Source: Lama glama (Eukaryota). Taken from it: a stretch of DNA of 64,000 bases. Shown here one piece after another: positions 25,034 through 38,760 of the stretch (positions are counted from its first letter, which is position 1; each line of letters starts with the position of its first letter). A model generated the notes under the pieces. The model ran no database searches, was not told the origin of the DNA, and saw only the letters and a program-made list of their open reading frames with translations. A program made the position numbers and the translations under genes. The stretch covers positions 84,632,001-84,696,000 of the forward strand of contig CM052817.1 of NCBI GenBank assembly GCA_028534125.1. Direction: 5' to 3'.

Positions 25034-26633
25034 TCTCAACATGCTATTGATAATTTATATTAATTGTGAAAGCAAGATGAGGAAAAAGAAAACAGGAAGA
25101 TTTTGGAAATTAAAAAAGTTGGAAGGGGTGCTCTTGAGGGAGAAAAAGAAGCAGACTGGGAATCCATGGGGGTGATGGAGACCAACTTCACAATTCGTCA
25201 AGTGGTAGTCAGTCTGTGATTCCATAACTGTTAACAAGTACCATATGTAAAAGTTAGGGATCTCGTTTGGTGCTGGGACCATTGTCCATAATGATTCAGA
25301 AATAAAATTCATTAGAACCAAGGGACAAAGACGATTAGAATAGTTTAAACTGGAAAACAAATGGAATCTAAATGGAGATGAAAACAGTAAAGAAAAATCA
25401 TAAAATCACAACACAGGAAGAAGCCTTGAAAGATTCTATTCTATCTCTGCTCCATTTCGGAATTTCTTTATTTAAAACAAAACATCCAATTACTTTGTTG
25501 ATAAATTTTCCTAATTTCATAACTGTTATGTCATTAAATTCTTTATAATATTGAATCCAAATCACTTCTCTTACAATTTGAGCATGTTCCCTCATGTCCT
25601 GCCTTTGTGTGCAGATTGGTTTACTATCACTTAATGGAATTTTGTCATCTTTCATCTGAATTTTTTAACTCACCCATTCTTGTCCTTAGTAAAAGGGATT
25701 TAAAATGCATTCTGAAGCTAAGTTTCTGCCACGGAGAAAATAACAGCTATGTCTTCATTTTTGACTGAAGTGTTTTCAGAGCCTCCCACACAAAATGAGA
25801 GACAACTATACATAAGTACCTATTTGCTGGGAAGAGGAAGAAAGAGGTTTTCAGTAATGTATTTGAGAAAAAGCTGAGATTTCTCTGTATTTGGCACCTG
25901 GAAACACAAAAGCAGTTTATATGTGGATAAGTTACTGACTTAATAACTGCCCAGATAAAGTTAGGCAGCATGTGGATTTTTCAATTCTCTTTCAAGTCAA
26001 GTCTCTAGTAAGAAAGAGAGACTTTGTTGGTGTCAGGTGGTGCTTCAAGGACAGGAAAAGCACCTTGGCAAACAGGCGCAGGTGCTCAGAAGGGATTCTG
26101 GATTGAGACTCTGCTCCCAGAGTGCTTTTGAACACCATGAAGAATGCATTCATCTACCTTCAGTTCAATAATTAATGTCACTCTTCCTACAGCTACTCTT
26201 AGAATAACAAATACCGGCAATGACTCAAGACTTTAAAGGGATTTCATTTAAGACACTTCGTTCAATGGCATATGTTGGCCTCGATGGGTATATTTTTTAA
26301 GTCTTAGAGTGACATAAAGTGGAGATAATTTTTTTTAATTAGAGGAATTTTTATGACCCCTAAGAAGAAGTAGTAGGCTACTTGATAGAATATTTTACTA
26401 CATTTTTATTTATCATAAAAAGGAGAGCAAAGTCTTCAAATGATTGGCATAGTGCTATAGAACCAAGCTCTAATTGAAAGCCAGATGATTATTTGCACTT
26501 GACGTGGAAGGTGACTTTGCCTTCAGAACTCTGGAGTTGTTTCATTCAGAGCTCGGTGCTCCCCAAAGGGATGTCAGTCCAGAGTCTCGTCTGAATTCTA
26601 AGGAAATTCTGAAAGTGAAGCAACTGCATGGAG

Positions 26634-26637
<4 letters not shown>

Positions 26638-26677
<40 letters not shown>

Positions 26678-26698
26678 ACTCTGTCACACACACACACA
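26638..26698. repeat. Compound (CT)n(CA)n microsatellite
   Basis: About 17 CT units followed by an interrupted CA run. Confidence 0.95.
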
Positions 26699-29600
26699 TT
26701 CACACAATCTGTCTCATTTTCCTGGGGTTTTGAGGAACATCCTGTTGTGGCTGTTGTCATGGAGGGGAAAGCTGTTCTCTGGTGTTTTTCTCTGGAGTTC
26801 TATTTCTGCCAGTCTCTGGCTCAGTGGTGGCTATTTCTAGCCAGCATCTTGCATGTGCTTTCCTTTTTATGTAAAGGATATTTTACTTTTCATATAAGGG
26901 TATAGTCATCAGATGTGACAAGTGCTGGACATGATTTTCTACCACTTATCAAATTTTCTACCATATTATCAAATTTATTTTTCATATTTTATGTATGAAA
27001 ATCAACTTTAACCCTATAATTATACTTATAACTTGATTTTGTATTTATTCATCCTCATGTTCACTGATGGACAGGATATTATGTTTGAGATCATATGTTC
27101 TAAACTACCACTTTTTACCACTGTGGTAAGGTTATTTATTTGCATCACGTCACATGACAGCTTATTGAAAGAGTGGTAATTAGAACATAGACAACTTTAA
27201 ATCACATGTGATTACAAATTGTTAGAATGCCTTTTCTGAACTTAAGAGACAGTTTCAAAATCAGCTTATTCTAATATTCCAGACCAGTCTTGGGCAAATG
27301 GTAAGTTCTCACTCCATATTTGTAGATCAAGTGAAAAATATATGTTGAATAACAGTGATTTAAATCACACTTTTTGTGCACTTGTTTTATTTAATATTCT
27401 AAATCATTCTTTACCATTTATTTTTTCTGCATAAATGAATAAACTCACTACCTGCATAAATCTATAAATTTTACCTTTCTGCATGGAGGCAGAAGTGTCA
27501 ACCACAGTCTTTTCTTAATACAAATAAATTATTTCTCACAAATGTCCATTTTATCTGTGCTGGCCCATTTGGCAAGACATATTCACTTATAAGTAAAGAA
27601 ATGGCCTTCTCTGAGTTGGGAGATAACAATTGGAGGTGTCTATTTGCAAATAGAAAGATTAAAACTAACTGAAATGACAGCTAGTTCTTTGATATTTAAT
27701 ATATTGTCTAGGTTCATATGAATCATTTTATATGGATTTCAAATAAAGATAATAAGAAAACCAGTTTTTAATCAGAAGTTTATATATTTGGTTTAAAAAA
27801 ATTTATAAAGGCATTTTTTTTCCTGTTAAGAAATTATAGTCTAACACTAAGTTGGCAAAGTCACCAGTAGGAGAACAGGGACATCTATGATTTAGACAGA
27901 CCTCTTAAAAATTAGATGTAGCAAAAAATGGAGAGGTTTATTTTAATCGTCTATTTGTGTATGTGTCCTATATATCCATTGGAGATACAGCATCTATTAT
28001 TTAAATAAAATTTAGCTGAACTGATACAAGTGAGGGGGTGGAATCATTTATCTTTGTGTTAGTGTCTTTATGACAATATTATACATTCGGTGATAGAGAT
28101 AATTAAAGGTGTGTTGATTTCAATAATATTTGAATGAAATGTAATCAATCTTTTCAACTTTATATCATTCCTGATTCTTAAAGTTTTGGTTTTAATTACC
28201 AAGATTGTTCATTAAATTACCAACTTTTATTCCTTTTTGCTTTAAAATTTTGAAAGTGCCATAATTAACTTCTCTCTCAAAACTGCGTTTATTGTATCTC
28301 TAACCTCTTCTTTACAACATCCTCAGCATCATCAATTTCAAAACTGAGATGCACCATCTTGTGTTTAATTTGCTATTACTCAGTTGGTTATGAATACTAT
28401 TACCGCTTTTAAGTCCTTTATGCCTTACTCTGCTGTTCTCTCTCATTTTCACATAAACTGGTGTGTGAGCTGAAGTAGATCCTGTTATGTGGAAAGAGTC
28501 AATTAATTCACACTTTGATCTAATAAGATAGGTAGGCTCTATCCTTGGATAGGATTTATGGGCATGACAGTAAAGTCTCTCACTCTATCCCAGTTGAATC
28601 CTCCCCGTTCAACAAGCTGTTAGGCATTTGGAAATCTTTTCTGATTTTCTATATATGGCTTCTCAGCCAAGCTTTCCAAACTCCTATGGTGTAAATTATC
28701 CTTTTTAAAATCTTAAATGTGCTTGAGATATTTCTGAAAAATTGTTCTCAATATAGACAGTGTTTAATTGCAGATGGAACTTTAGTTCAAATGCATTCTC
28801 CTGAATTGTCATCTGGTGTCTAAAACAGCAGGCAGTAAACTGTCTTCTTTTCAGCTAAGCACCTATTAAAGCTACTGGCTGTATTTGTTATAATACCAGC
28901 CAGTTGGAATGAAGCCATTCTAGACTGATTTATCAATCATATATACTACAGTTTTGACCAACTCTTTCAATGTAGTAATCTCATTGCAGTTTCCTTTTAA
29001 AAATTAGCCAACACATCTATTTTTTTATCCCACAAGTTCCCGAGCCTCTCTGATGTACTTAGTGAACAACACAGTTCCTGATTTATAGAGAGATTATATC
29101 CTGAAAGGTCATTTGAAAGCCAGCTTAAAATAATGGCATTTATTTCCCCCTAGACAATGCTATACTTGTTGCTTAAGTTTTTGGGGGCAGTCTTCAAGTA
29201 TTTGTCCTTGTAATTTACTATAGCACATGCCTGGCATAGTAGGTGGTAAATAAAATTTGTGGAACGAGTGATTGGATATAATGCTAACACTGTAAAACCT
29301 AATCACAAGGAGGAAAACCATTCCTGTGAGAAAATGCTTTCAGAGTTTCACTTTGGAAGGATGCCAGTTACAGAGCTTTCTGTAATACTCTGGAGTAAGA
29401 ACTCGTTACCAATTTCCCCCACCTGTGAATAGAAACTTCTTTGGCTCCAGGAGGTCTGTCTTCCTGGGAGGCCTTTTAAATCCTGCAAGGCTTGTGCTCC
29501 TCCCTTTCTTTTCTTCTGCTGGTTCCATGAACTGGTTTCCTGTTTCCCTGACCCTCTATGTAGTTTCACACATATTTTAAAAAACATACTAGTACTGAAG

Positions 29601-29941
29601 TAAGGGGAGAAAAATTCCTTTTTCTCGAGGAGTTTTCTCTGTGTTGGCCTCTGCTTTGTGCTAATAACAAGAAAGTAAAGTGTACTAAATATTTAAAAAG
29701 AAAGAAATAACACAAAAAGCCCCCCTCCCCAAACTCCCTTCTGTTTCTACCTTTTATATTTTCTTTTCTGATCATTTGCAATGGGGAAGTAGGATTTTGT
29801 ATAAATACTGAAAGACAGATTTTTTACTCTTAAAGGACAATTAAAAAGATTTTTCTATTTAGAATATTTGTAGTTAGGTTCTCCTGGGCCCGAGTCCAAA
29901 TGTGAAGGATGGACTAAGGCCTCACGAGTCTTAAGCAGAAT

Positions 29942-30381
29942 TTATCAGTTAACTTTGGCCAAATTAATGCTGATTAAAAACCACTCTGAAACTCAGTGAT
30001 AGGCAACATCAACAATTCTTTCTTGCTCCTGCACCAGAGATTTGGCAGGAGCTCAGATGATGGGGACTGGGTTTGGCAGCAGGCCAAAGGTGAGGCGTAG
30101 GTCTGCTCCAGGTGTCTCATTCTTCTGGGATTAGTGGGCTACTCAGGCCATGTTTTTCTCATGTCTGTGATCTAGTGTAAGAGGACGTACCCAGGTGTAT
30201 CAGCACACCTCAAGCCTTTGCTTGTTAATATCTCCTTGGCTAAAAAGAGTCACATGACCTGGCCCCAAGTCAAAGGCTGGGAAATAAACTCCCCATCTTG
30301 CAGGAGGAACTACACAGTCACATCTCAAAGGGTAGATACAAGGGAAGGTGCAGAATTGAGAACAACAATGCAATCTACCAC
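29942..30381 (-). mobile_element. MLT1H-like ERVL-MaLR solo LTR
   Basis: TATCAGTTA..AAAACCACTCTGAAACTCAGTG..GGTCTGCTCCAGGTGTCTCATTCT..AGTCACATGACC..GCAATCTACCAC termini. Confidence 0.8.
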
Positions 30382-30589
30382 CTAGGACTAGATGGAGAAC
30401 ATATGTATGCCTCAGAGAGACTAGTAATTTGGTACCTTTTAAAAACAATTTTCTTTAAATAGTTGTTTAGTATTTCTTTAGTGGAAGTGGAAGGAAAATG
30501 TCTATTGCAACAAATTGTACTAAGAAATATTTACTCAGTGATTTACTTTTGGTTACCAAACTAGTGCCAATATTTTGAGGAAAAAAGAC

Positions 30590-30740
30590 AGAAGTAGTGT
30601 AATAGTGAAGAATTCAGGTTCTGAACCCAGTTGCTTGCATTTAAATACCAGCTCTGCCCCTTATTAGCTGTGTGATGAAAGCTAAACTATTTAACCCCAA
30701 GTTAGATATAATCATTATTAATATGCTGCTGTTATTTTTC
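30590..30740 (+). mobile_element. MIR fragment
   Basis: GTAGTGTAATAGTGAAG..TTAAATACCAGCTCTGCCCCTTATTAGCTGTGTGA. Confidence 0.6.
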
Positions 30741-31849
30741 CAGCTTTATTTTTCTATAAGGCAAGCAATATAACTTCTTGGGAGGTAAAGAATTTAAATT
30801 AAATTAAATTAAATTAAAATTTAGGCAATAAAGTAAAAACAGCATTTTAATATTACATGTATCACTCAATTACTGGAATTTCAGCTGATTGCAACTGACT
30901 TTTATCTGCCTACAACTACAAATGTTCATTAAAAAAAATACTCAATAGAGCTAGATCTGAAATAGAAAGTGTGTTTACTTGAGGGTGTTATAAGCTTGTG
31001 ACAGAGGATGAATTTAAAAGATGACCATTTATTCCAATGTTATTTTAACACCTTTACAGATTGGCCCCTCTTGCAGCTATTGGCATGACTCTCCCCTTAA
31101 TCCTGATCTGGGTTCTTTTGGTCCTGACAAGAAATGAGAGCTGAACAGGTTTAAGAAACTGTCCACTCAGGAAGAAAACTGAATGCTGATCTATGAGAGG
31201 TTCTGAAACATCACTGGTCATATAAGGACATGTATTCTATTGAGCCGCAAGAGATAGGTTTATAAACTGCTTGGAGTGGGAGGTGAGATTGCAAAAGGCA
31301 TATTTGAATAATGAAGCTAAGTTATTCTACAAGGGAAGAGTTTGGTTAACAAAGTGACTTTAATTTTATGTGTGTGAGATATGAAAATTTGGGGCCAGGG
31401 TTGAATTGCTAGGGACAACAGAAGAAGCTGACCATGGTCTCAACAGAGGGCATAGGAGGACCAAGGTGGCTGCAATGTTCTTTCCTCTAAAAAGTCGTAA
31501 AGTGTTTAAATGTTTTTGTTGAAAATAACACCAAAGTTTTACACCTTTCTGAATTATCCTTGTGTCTTCCTTTATCTCTGAAATGTGGCTCACTTTCCCT
31601 CTTTTCATGGCGGTTCTGCTGAATTGATCTTGGGCCAAGGGGAAAATTAAGATACAAAAGCAATGGGAGATGGCTTATAAAGCATTCATTAAATAGCTAT
31701 TATGTACTAGAAATGCTTCTAGACAGTAAAGAGAAAAAAATAAACAGTTCCTATTTTCAACAAGCTAATAGTTTAACAGTAGAGTTTATTATGTAAACCA
31801 ATTACTTCTGTTTATTTATCATTTAGTGTATCTTAGCACCTAAAATACC

Positions 31850-33770
31850 TCTACTGCAACTTCTTCCATCATTTTGAAAATAACCACTTAGAAAATCCAC
31901 CCATACTTTGCCAGTCTATGCTTTGACTTCCATACTTCCAATGAGCTTGTCCTTTTCATCACCCACTTCAGAGTTATATCCTAAGCCTTGTCTTAGGCAA
32001 TACTGGTCCCACCACCAAAATACCAATTCCAAGCATCCTATGTGAAACCATTACTTACTATCTTGTATCCCACTTTCCCTACTACTCCCACTTCATTTGT
32101 TTCTGACTGTCAGGACCTTCAGTCCATTGACTCTCCCCTACTTCCACACCTCTTTTTCACAGTTCATTTTTCTCCCCATCCTCTCCAACCTATATCCTCA
32201 GTTCTCTGCTTGTCCAGCTTAGAGTCAACAGCCTTTGCACACACCCTTAACCTCCCTATTTTTCTCTTACCTGTCAAAACTCTACCTTGTTTAAATATAA
32301 CTCTGCTTTATTTCACATCTGGAATGAAATAGATGAATGTGGCTGGAGGGAAATACCCAGCTATGCTCACTGGTCTCTTTCAATATGTGACTACAGATCT
32401 CAAGTAAGCACTCAGCCCTCCAGGGAAATCCTACTATATTTCTCTAGTAATTTCATTTTCCTTCTCTCTGAGGTGTTAATTTTATATTTTATTCTTTCTT
32501 TTTAAACTTCTTATATTTCTTATTTCACCCCTAGTCTCAGCTAACTACAGTGATACTAATACGAGATTTGCCTCCTTGTCCTGTCACCAAACCTGCCAAC
32601 TCCTGCCCACTTAACCTCTGGTTTCCATAGATGAACAGTCCCTGCTTCTCCCAGTAGCCAGCTCCTTCACCTGTGCTCTGGATCCTCCATTCCCTCTTAT
32701 TTTCTGGCGTTCTCTGCCGCTGCACCATCTCATCACTCATCTGCTTCGTCATTTTCCCCCTTTTCTGCTAGATCATTCTCACTGGCTTATAAACATGGCG
32801 CAATGGTCTCCATCTTTAAAAGAAAAACCCTTCCTTTATTTTCCCTTTCTGCCACCACTCTATTTCTCTTCTCCCCTTGACAGTAAAATTCATTGAAAAA
32901 GTTGCCTAGACTTGCTGTATTCATTTCTTCTCCTCTTATACTTTAGGATAAATGTGCTTTAATCACGATTTTCTCCCCATCCTTCCACTGGAACTGCTCT
33001 TGTCATGGCCTCCCTGACCTCCAGCTTGCCGAGGCCAGTGTCAGTCATCTGTGTGCGTCTCGTTCAAGCTCTCAGCCGCATGGCCACACTTTACTTGGCT
33101 TCTGGGACCCTAGATATCAAGGTTTCCTTCTGTTTCACTGGTTGCTTCTGAGCTTTTCTTACTGACGTCTCCATTTTCCAGTCTTTTGGCCTGACTGTTT
33201 TGGCTCCATGTTCCCTCTAGGTGACTTCATCCAGTCTCCTGTCATTTACTACAGTTATAGGCTGATGGCTTATAAATTTGTAACTCTAGCTCCAGTTTCT
33301 CCCCTGAGTTTCAGGCTGGTATATTCACCTGTACATTTGACTCCACTTTGATGTCTAATAGGTACCTCAAGTGTGGCTTGTTAAAAGGAGAAATCTTGAT
33401 ATTTTTTTTGTAGGCTCCTTGCCTGTTCGTTCCCAATTGTTTTGTTTTTGATTAATATTTCTACACTTTCTCAGTTGCTCAGGCCTAGGAGTTACTCCTC
33501 CCCCATTTCTAATCACTTAAAAAGCCCTGTTGGCACTTGCACACTTTAAAAATCTTTCTGAGCTCAGCTACTTCTTTCTACCTGGACTGCTACCACCCTT
33601 GTTCAGGTCACTTTGTCTTTTCTGTTTTGGGTTATTGGAATCTTCTCATGTCTTGTTTCTCTGCTTTTTCTCTTGCTCTGGTGCCACCCATTCCCCATAG
33701 AGCAATCAGGGGGATCTTTTCAAAACGTTAACAGATTCATGTCATTTCCCCGCTTAAAATCCTTCAGCAT
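31850..33770 (+). mobile_element. Long L2 remnant (~1.9 kb) covering ORF2 from the endonuclease end through RT
   Basis: TCCACTGGAACTGCTCTTGTCATGG (STETAL-like), CTCTCAGCCGCA (LSAAF-like), CTAGGTGACTTCATCCAGTCT..TAGGCTGATGGC (LGDLIQS..YADD-like); pyrimidine-rich sense strand. Confidence 0.85.
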
Positions 33771-33884
33771 TGTGGGTACAATTGATGCAGATGATACACA
33801 ACTCTAAACTGGGCCCAAGATCTTGGTCTATATCCAAAGTTTGGTGAAAGAGTATACATCTGTATTTTAAATTATATGTTTAAA

Positions 33885-34040
33885 GGGGGAGGGTATAGCT
33901 CAATGGTAGAGTGCATGCTTAGCATGCATGAGGTCCTGGGTATTCCCAGTACCTCTGCTAAAAATAAATAAACCTAATTACCCACCCTGCCACAATAAAA
34001 TAATACAATAATACAATAATAAATAAATAAAATATTTTTA
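33885..34040 (+). mobile_element. Camelid tRNA-derived SINE (Vic-1-like), full length
   Basis: GGGGGAGGGTATAGCTCAATGGTAGAGTGCATGCTTAGCATGCATGAGGTCCTGGGT..CCCAGTACCTC..AATAAACCTAATTACC plus A-rich tail. TSD AAATTATA(T/C)GTTTA at 33869-33882 and 34042-34055. Confidence 0.9.
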
Positions 34041-34189
34041 AAAATTATACGTTTAGGATACATACAGTAATTTTTATGAATCTGCTAACAATTTAAAATT
34101 AATCAAATGCTGATAGATTTAAATAAGAGGAGTTCTGCTTGATTGGGAGAGGGGCATTTCCTCATCTAATCATTTGCTCAATCTCTTTG

Positions 34190-34350
34190 AAAATAGCTAT
34201 ATAATATTTCATATCATGCGTTGTGATTGAACCCTCTCGTATCGTTGGGCATTTTGTCTGTTTCTACATGTCACTATAAAAAATAAGGATGTTATGAATG
34301 TCTTTGTGCATAAAAGGGTCAAAGACTATATATATTTTGAAGCCCTTCAA
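34190..34350 (-). mobile_element. Old L1ME-like 3' fragment
   Basis: TCGTTGGGCATTTTGTCTGTTTC..TATGAATGTCTTTGTGCATA. Confidence 0.5.
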
Positions 34351-36349
34351 TACATATTTCTGGGGTTTTATTTAGAAGTCTTTTAGGAAAGGATTTGTCC
34401 AAGGTTGAAGGGTCAGTATGAGAACAGAAAATTGTGGGCTGCTTGATATCATCCTCTGACCTAGATTTTTCTTACTGTTTCCCTGAATTCTCTTTACTTT
34501 TGTACCAGTGCTCTTTGGAGAGAAGGTTATGATGTGATGAACGGTATTTCAAAGATTTTTATAGGATCCTGGGAGCCAAAGGGGTTCTGCTTGATAGCCT
34601 CATTACATTGGTGATGTGAAACATGGAACAGAGATACAGGGTGGGTCCAAGCATTGCATCTGTTGTGGAAGCGTCACCAACTTAGCTTAGGATTAGGACT
34701 TAGGGTCCAGGGAGCTGCATGTCAGTGTCTGAACAGGGAAGAAGAAAGTGATTGGTACTTATTGCCTGTAAGAAAGACTATGCAGAACTGAGTCAATTCT
34801 CTGGCCTTCTTTTATTGAACAGAACTTAAGAACATAATTGGTGAGATGGGTGCTAGTGAAGGCAAATTGATCTCTGCAGTAAAGAAACTTTCAGGTAATG
34901 CAGGGGAGAGAAGAGAGGAGAGCTGAATTGGAAGGGGCCATGAGAGAAACAATAGGGAAGCTGCTATATTTGGGAAAGTTGAAGGAGAGATGGAGAAAGA
35001 AGATTATAAATTTTTCTATATCTCATGACTATTTCTAAGAGGCTGTACTAAAGCTCTAAATTGCTTTAATCGTTTTTCAGTTGTTAGATTCTTATTTATT
35101 TGGCTAAGACTCCATGCTGTGATTTGTTTCCAGGCAAAGAGTAAGTTGGACTGGATTAACGTGCCATACCACTACAATCAGGAATGTTTATCCTGGTTAC
35201 CTTGAGAGGGGCAGGAAGTCAAGCAGCAGCTGTTCTGTTATTGGGACTTAAATGTATCTTCAGATTGTTGTAATCTAGAGAAATGTGGTTATCCTTACAA
35301 TTGCTGAAATTTACCAACTATTAAAAGAAGTTTAGATATCATGTGTATAAAAGAGTATATTCTGTGTTTTCAATTTACCTTATATCACACACTCACCCAC
35401 AACACTATTTTTTAAATTGACTATTTTGTGCATTTTGATGAATATATGTATTTATTAGCACCAAGAAAAATAATAGTGATTTTATAACAGGTTCTAATTA
35501 AAAGTCAGCTAATAGCACAACATTCGGAATTATGTCCTGCTTGACCAGGTAGAGTTCTGAAAGCTTGAGAAAAAAATTAATGGGTATAAGGGAAAAAAAA
35601 TCACAGTAGGTAAACAGGCTATGAGCCAAACACTTAATTATTTTACTGATGATTGCAACTAACTGTAATTTTTTTAAGAGAATAAGTGTCCTGATAAATG
35701 CTTATTTAACTGCCTTCATGGCAATAAGACTTTCTTTTAAGTAGGAATACAAGTTTATTAAATAAGTGACATAGTGCATCACAGTTTCATAGGAAATTAA
35801 TAAAAAGTGGGGATTTTGGAATTTCTTGAATACATCCTGTTTACTGTGCCTCAGTGCCATTATATGTATCTGAAACGATGTGATGCCCATAAACCCATGG
35901 CATGATTAGAGTTTTAAGTACCAAATTGCAGACCAGGATGATTTGTTTTTTCTAAAATGCAAATAAAGAGAGCATGCCCTTGGAACTTCCATCACCTTGT
36001 GTATCCAAACAATCCAAATGAATTGTGATGGGTCTGCTTTTAATACCTTGTAACAACTGGTTTCTGAAATGTCACGATTGGGAGATTTTATGGTGTCACT
36101 TAGTGTGAAATAAAACATGAAGGGATTTCAGGGAAAACTTGTCTGTTTGTGGATGTGAGAGCAGGCTTTGCTCGGCTTTGCAGTAAGTGAAGGCCAGGGG
36201 GCCTTCGCGGTCCACCTTGTCATGTAGCACTTGTCTGCCGTTCTTAGTGATCTCTTTCCCTCTCAGAAATGCATTCTCCTGAATTCACATTTGCTTAAGC
36301 TCAACAAATATTTATTATTGCTTTAAATCCTGTTTGGAAAGGGACAGAA

Positions 36350-36720
36350 TATTAAACATATTCATTTATTTTAAAAGTGTACATGAGATCCTATGGAGGA
36401 CATTAATGAGATAAGGTACCTCAGCCACCGGCCATCAAGGAATGCACACAAATTAATTGGGAGACAATGTATAGAAACATGAAACAGTCTAATACCAAGA
36501 TAAAGTTCTGCACTGCTGAGTAGGAAAATGAACATTGTGTGTGAATGTTATCATAGGAATCCAGAGATGGGAGAATGTGTTCTGGTATGAAATGTCTAGG
36601 AAGAGTTGGTGTTTGTGTTGAGTGCTAAAGCTTGGGCAGGATTTCTGTCAGAGGCAAGGAAGGGGCGTGGCTTTGCAGAGATAGGGAGGGACACTGATCA
36701 GAGCTACAGCAGGAGTCTCT
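36350..36720 (-). mobile_element. L2 3' fragment
   Basis: CATATTCATTTATT..GATAAGGTACCTCAGCC..ATCAAGGAATGCACA..GGGAGACA, the antisense L2 3' pattern. Confidence 0.5.
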
Positions 36721-36904
36721 TCCTCCTGGGTGTGCGCTAGTGACAGATAATGACATTCGTTTACGTTAATGTGCTCCTGAAATGATTTTAGGGCAGGTGT
36801 TGTTGCGTCGCTAAGTTTGTTTTCTTACCCAATAGGAATCTTAAAGGTGGGAATGTCATACCAGAAGGAAAGGAAGATGGCCAAAATAATGTGAAGAGCA
36901 AGTT

Positions 36905-37061
36905 TCCTGGCAATTAGGAGTTCTGAGTTTTAGTCTCTTTGTTGTCGATTCACTTTTGTTGAAGTGACTTAAGATGAGTCATTTTGTTTCTCCTCTTTTA
37001 TAAAATGAAGTTGTTGGGGCAGGATGTTCTTTGAGGTCCCTTCCAACTTTAGGATTCTGTG
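36905..37061 (+). mobile_element. MIR3/MIRc-like SINE
   Basis: Ends CTTTGAGGTCCCTTCCAACTTTAGGATTCTGTGA (L3-derived MIR tail). Confidence 0.7.
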
Positions 37062-38489
37062 AGTTGGTATCACAGTAGGCTGGGAAAGTGGTTTCTTGAA
37101 AGAAGGACCTTTAGGCACTTTTTGTTGTCCAAGTGATCTGTTATTATGTATAGTAGAGCTAGGGCTGTTTATCTTAAACTCTGGAAAGGTCATGGATGTC
37201 CTGTAGGCCTTGCATTTTGCACGTTCAGACTAACTAGACTGTTAAGTTTAGAAAGCTGATGCAAGATTTCTTTTTTGGTTACTCTGCAAGAAGAATGAGG
37301 TTACTTTTACTCTTTTATAAGAGAACTCTTTGAGAACAAAATGGCTTTAATGTTTCATAGGGTCAAACAATTCTGAGCATCCCAGAGTGCATTATTCTAT
37401 CATGGCTTAGCAGGTGTCCCTGAGTAAGAAGACTCTCTAAATATTTAATGTGAAACTCTCGAGAACTTGCTCATCTTTTCTTCTTGGACCAATCCCATCC
37501 TCTGTATTTATTAAGAAATATACATATATTTAGATTTATAAAACTTAATTATCTAAATTTAGTTCTACTGTCAATATCAACTAACATTTATTGAGCATTC
37601 AGTTTCTCGGGCATTGTATTATGCATTAGGGACTCTGAATGTTAAGGTCTTTTTTTTCAAGGCCTCTGAAATTATCCTTTTAATATTAGAAATAGGAACT
37701 GAAACTGGGATAATAGTAAATCAAATGACACAATAGGTCATTGCAAGGTTTATGTACTTTTATCATTGTTTGATATGCTAAATTCATCTCCATATATACA
37801 ATTATCTTCTTATATATTCAGTTTCTTCTCCTGTTATTTAAATGTGGCAGCTGTAACTAATTTGGATATCGACCACCTGCTATGCTGTGCACATCTTTAT
37901 AAAACTTTATTCTACAATCTGGAATATATCTAAAAATATTCGGAAGTAAGTATATCATCATTAACCTGTCACAGACAGTGACAGTCTCACAAAAGTAAAA
38001 AATGAAAGCAAACTGAATAAATTCTGAGATATAAGCCCTGAATTAACCCCTAATTCTGCATCTGACCTAGCAGGACTGCTAGGAGGCAGGGCAGCATCAA
38101 GGGAAGCTGTGAGTAATTTCTCTTGCCTCTGTCTCTGTGTTTTCACACAAAGTGTGGGGTTGTGAAGAAACTTTCCAATTAGGCTTGTAGCTTGTATCAG
38201 AATGAGAACAAGCATCTAGGATTCTGCTCTTTCTCAGTGGAGGGTATAGTGCAGAAACGAAGGAGTCACAAATCCTCTGTTCTGTGGCTGTATGAAATGT
38301 AGCTATATGGTAGCAAGATTATAACAGTAGAATTTTACAGATGACCTTAATAAAAATCATTCTTCTATGGGTCAGTGATGAGTGTTTGCTGAGCCAAATC
38401 CATTTGCCTTTTATTTTTTAACAGTTTTTATCCTTAATGAAATCACCCTTTGTGAAGCTCTCAACACTGTTGGCCATTATTTCTTTTTA

Positions 38490-38760
38490 AAACAAAAATT
38501 TCCCCTCTTTGTTAAAATATGCAAACCTTGATACTTATTAAAAACACTAGAAAATACAACTAAAAAATATTTAGAAAAGGAAAGAGATCCATAATGTTAC
38601 CACTTAGAGAGAGCCACTCTTAACATAGTATACAGCCCAGCCTTTTCTTTCCAAGTGTATTTATCATTTTAAAAAACGAGATCATGCTATGAATACCATT
38701 TTAAAATTAATTTTCTCATTTAACAATGTTACATAGCATTTCTCATGTTATCAAATATTT
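38490..38760 (-). mobile_element. Old L1ME-like 3' UTR fragment
   Basis: ATCCATAATGTTACCACTTAGAGAGAGCCACTCTTAACAT..GAGATCATGCTAT..TTTTCTCATTTAACAAT. Confidence 0.5.

Noticed and set aside
26504..26905. 133-aa ORF with LSLSLS/HTHT and overlapping ERERER ORFs
   Set aside because: Driven by the (CT)n(CA)n microsatellite; non-ATG start.
26935..26976. Tandem ~20-bp duplication TTTTCTACCA..TTATCAAA
   Set aside because: A common slippage duplication with two units only.
33885..33955. tRNA-Ala-like sequence with A and B boxes (also at 14135 and 17560)
   Set aside because: Each is followed by a SINE body and A-tail and flanked by TSDs, so these are SINE heads, not tRNA genes.
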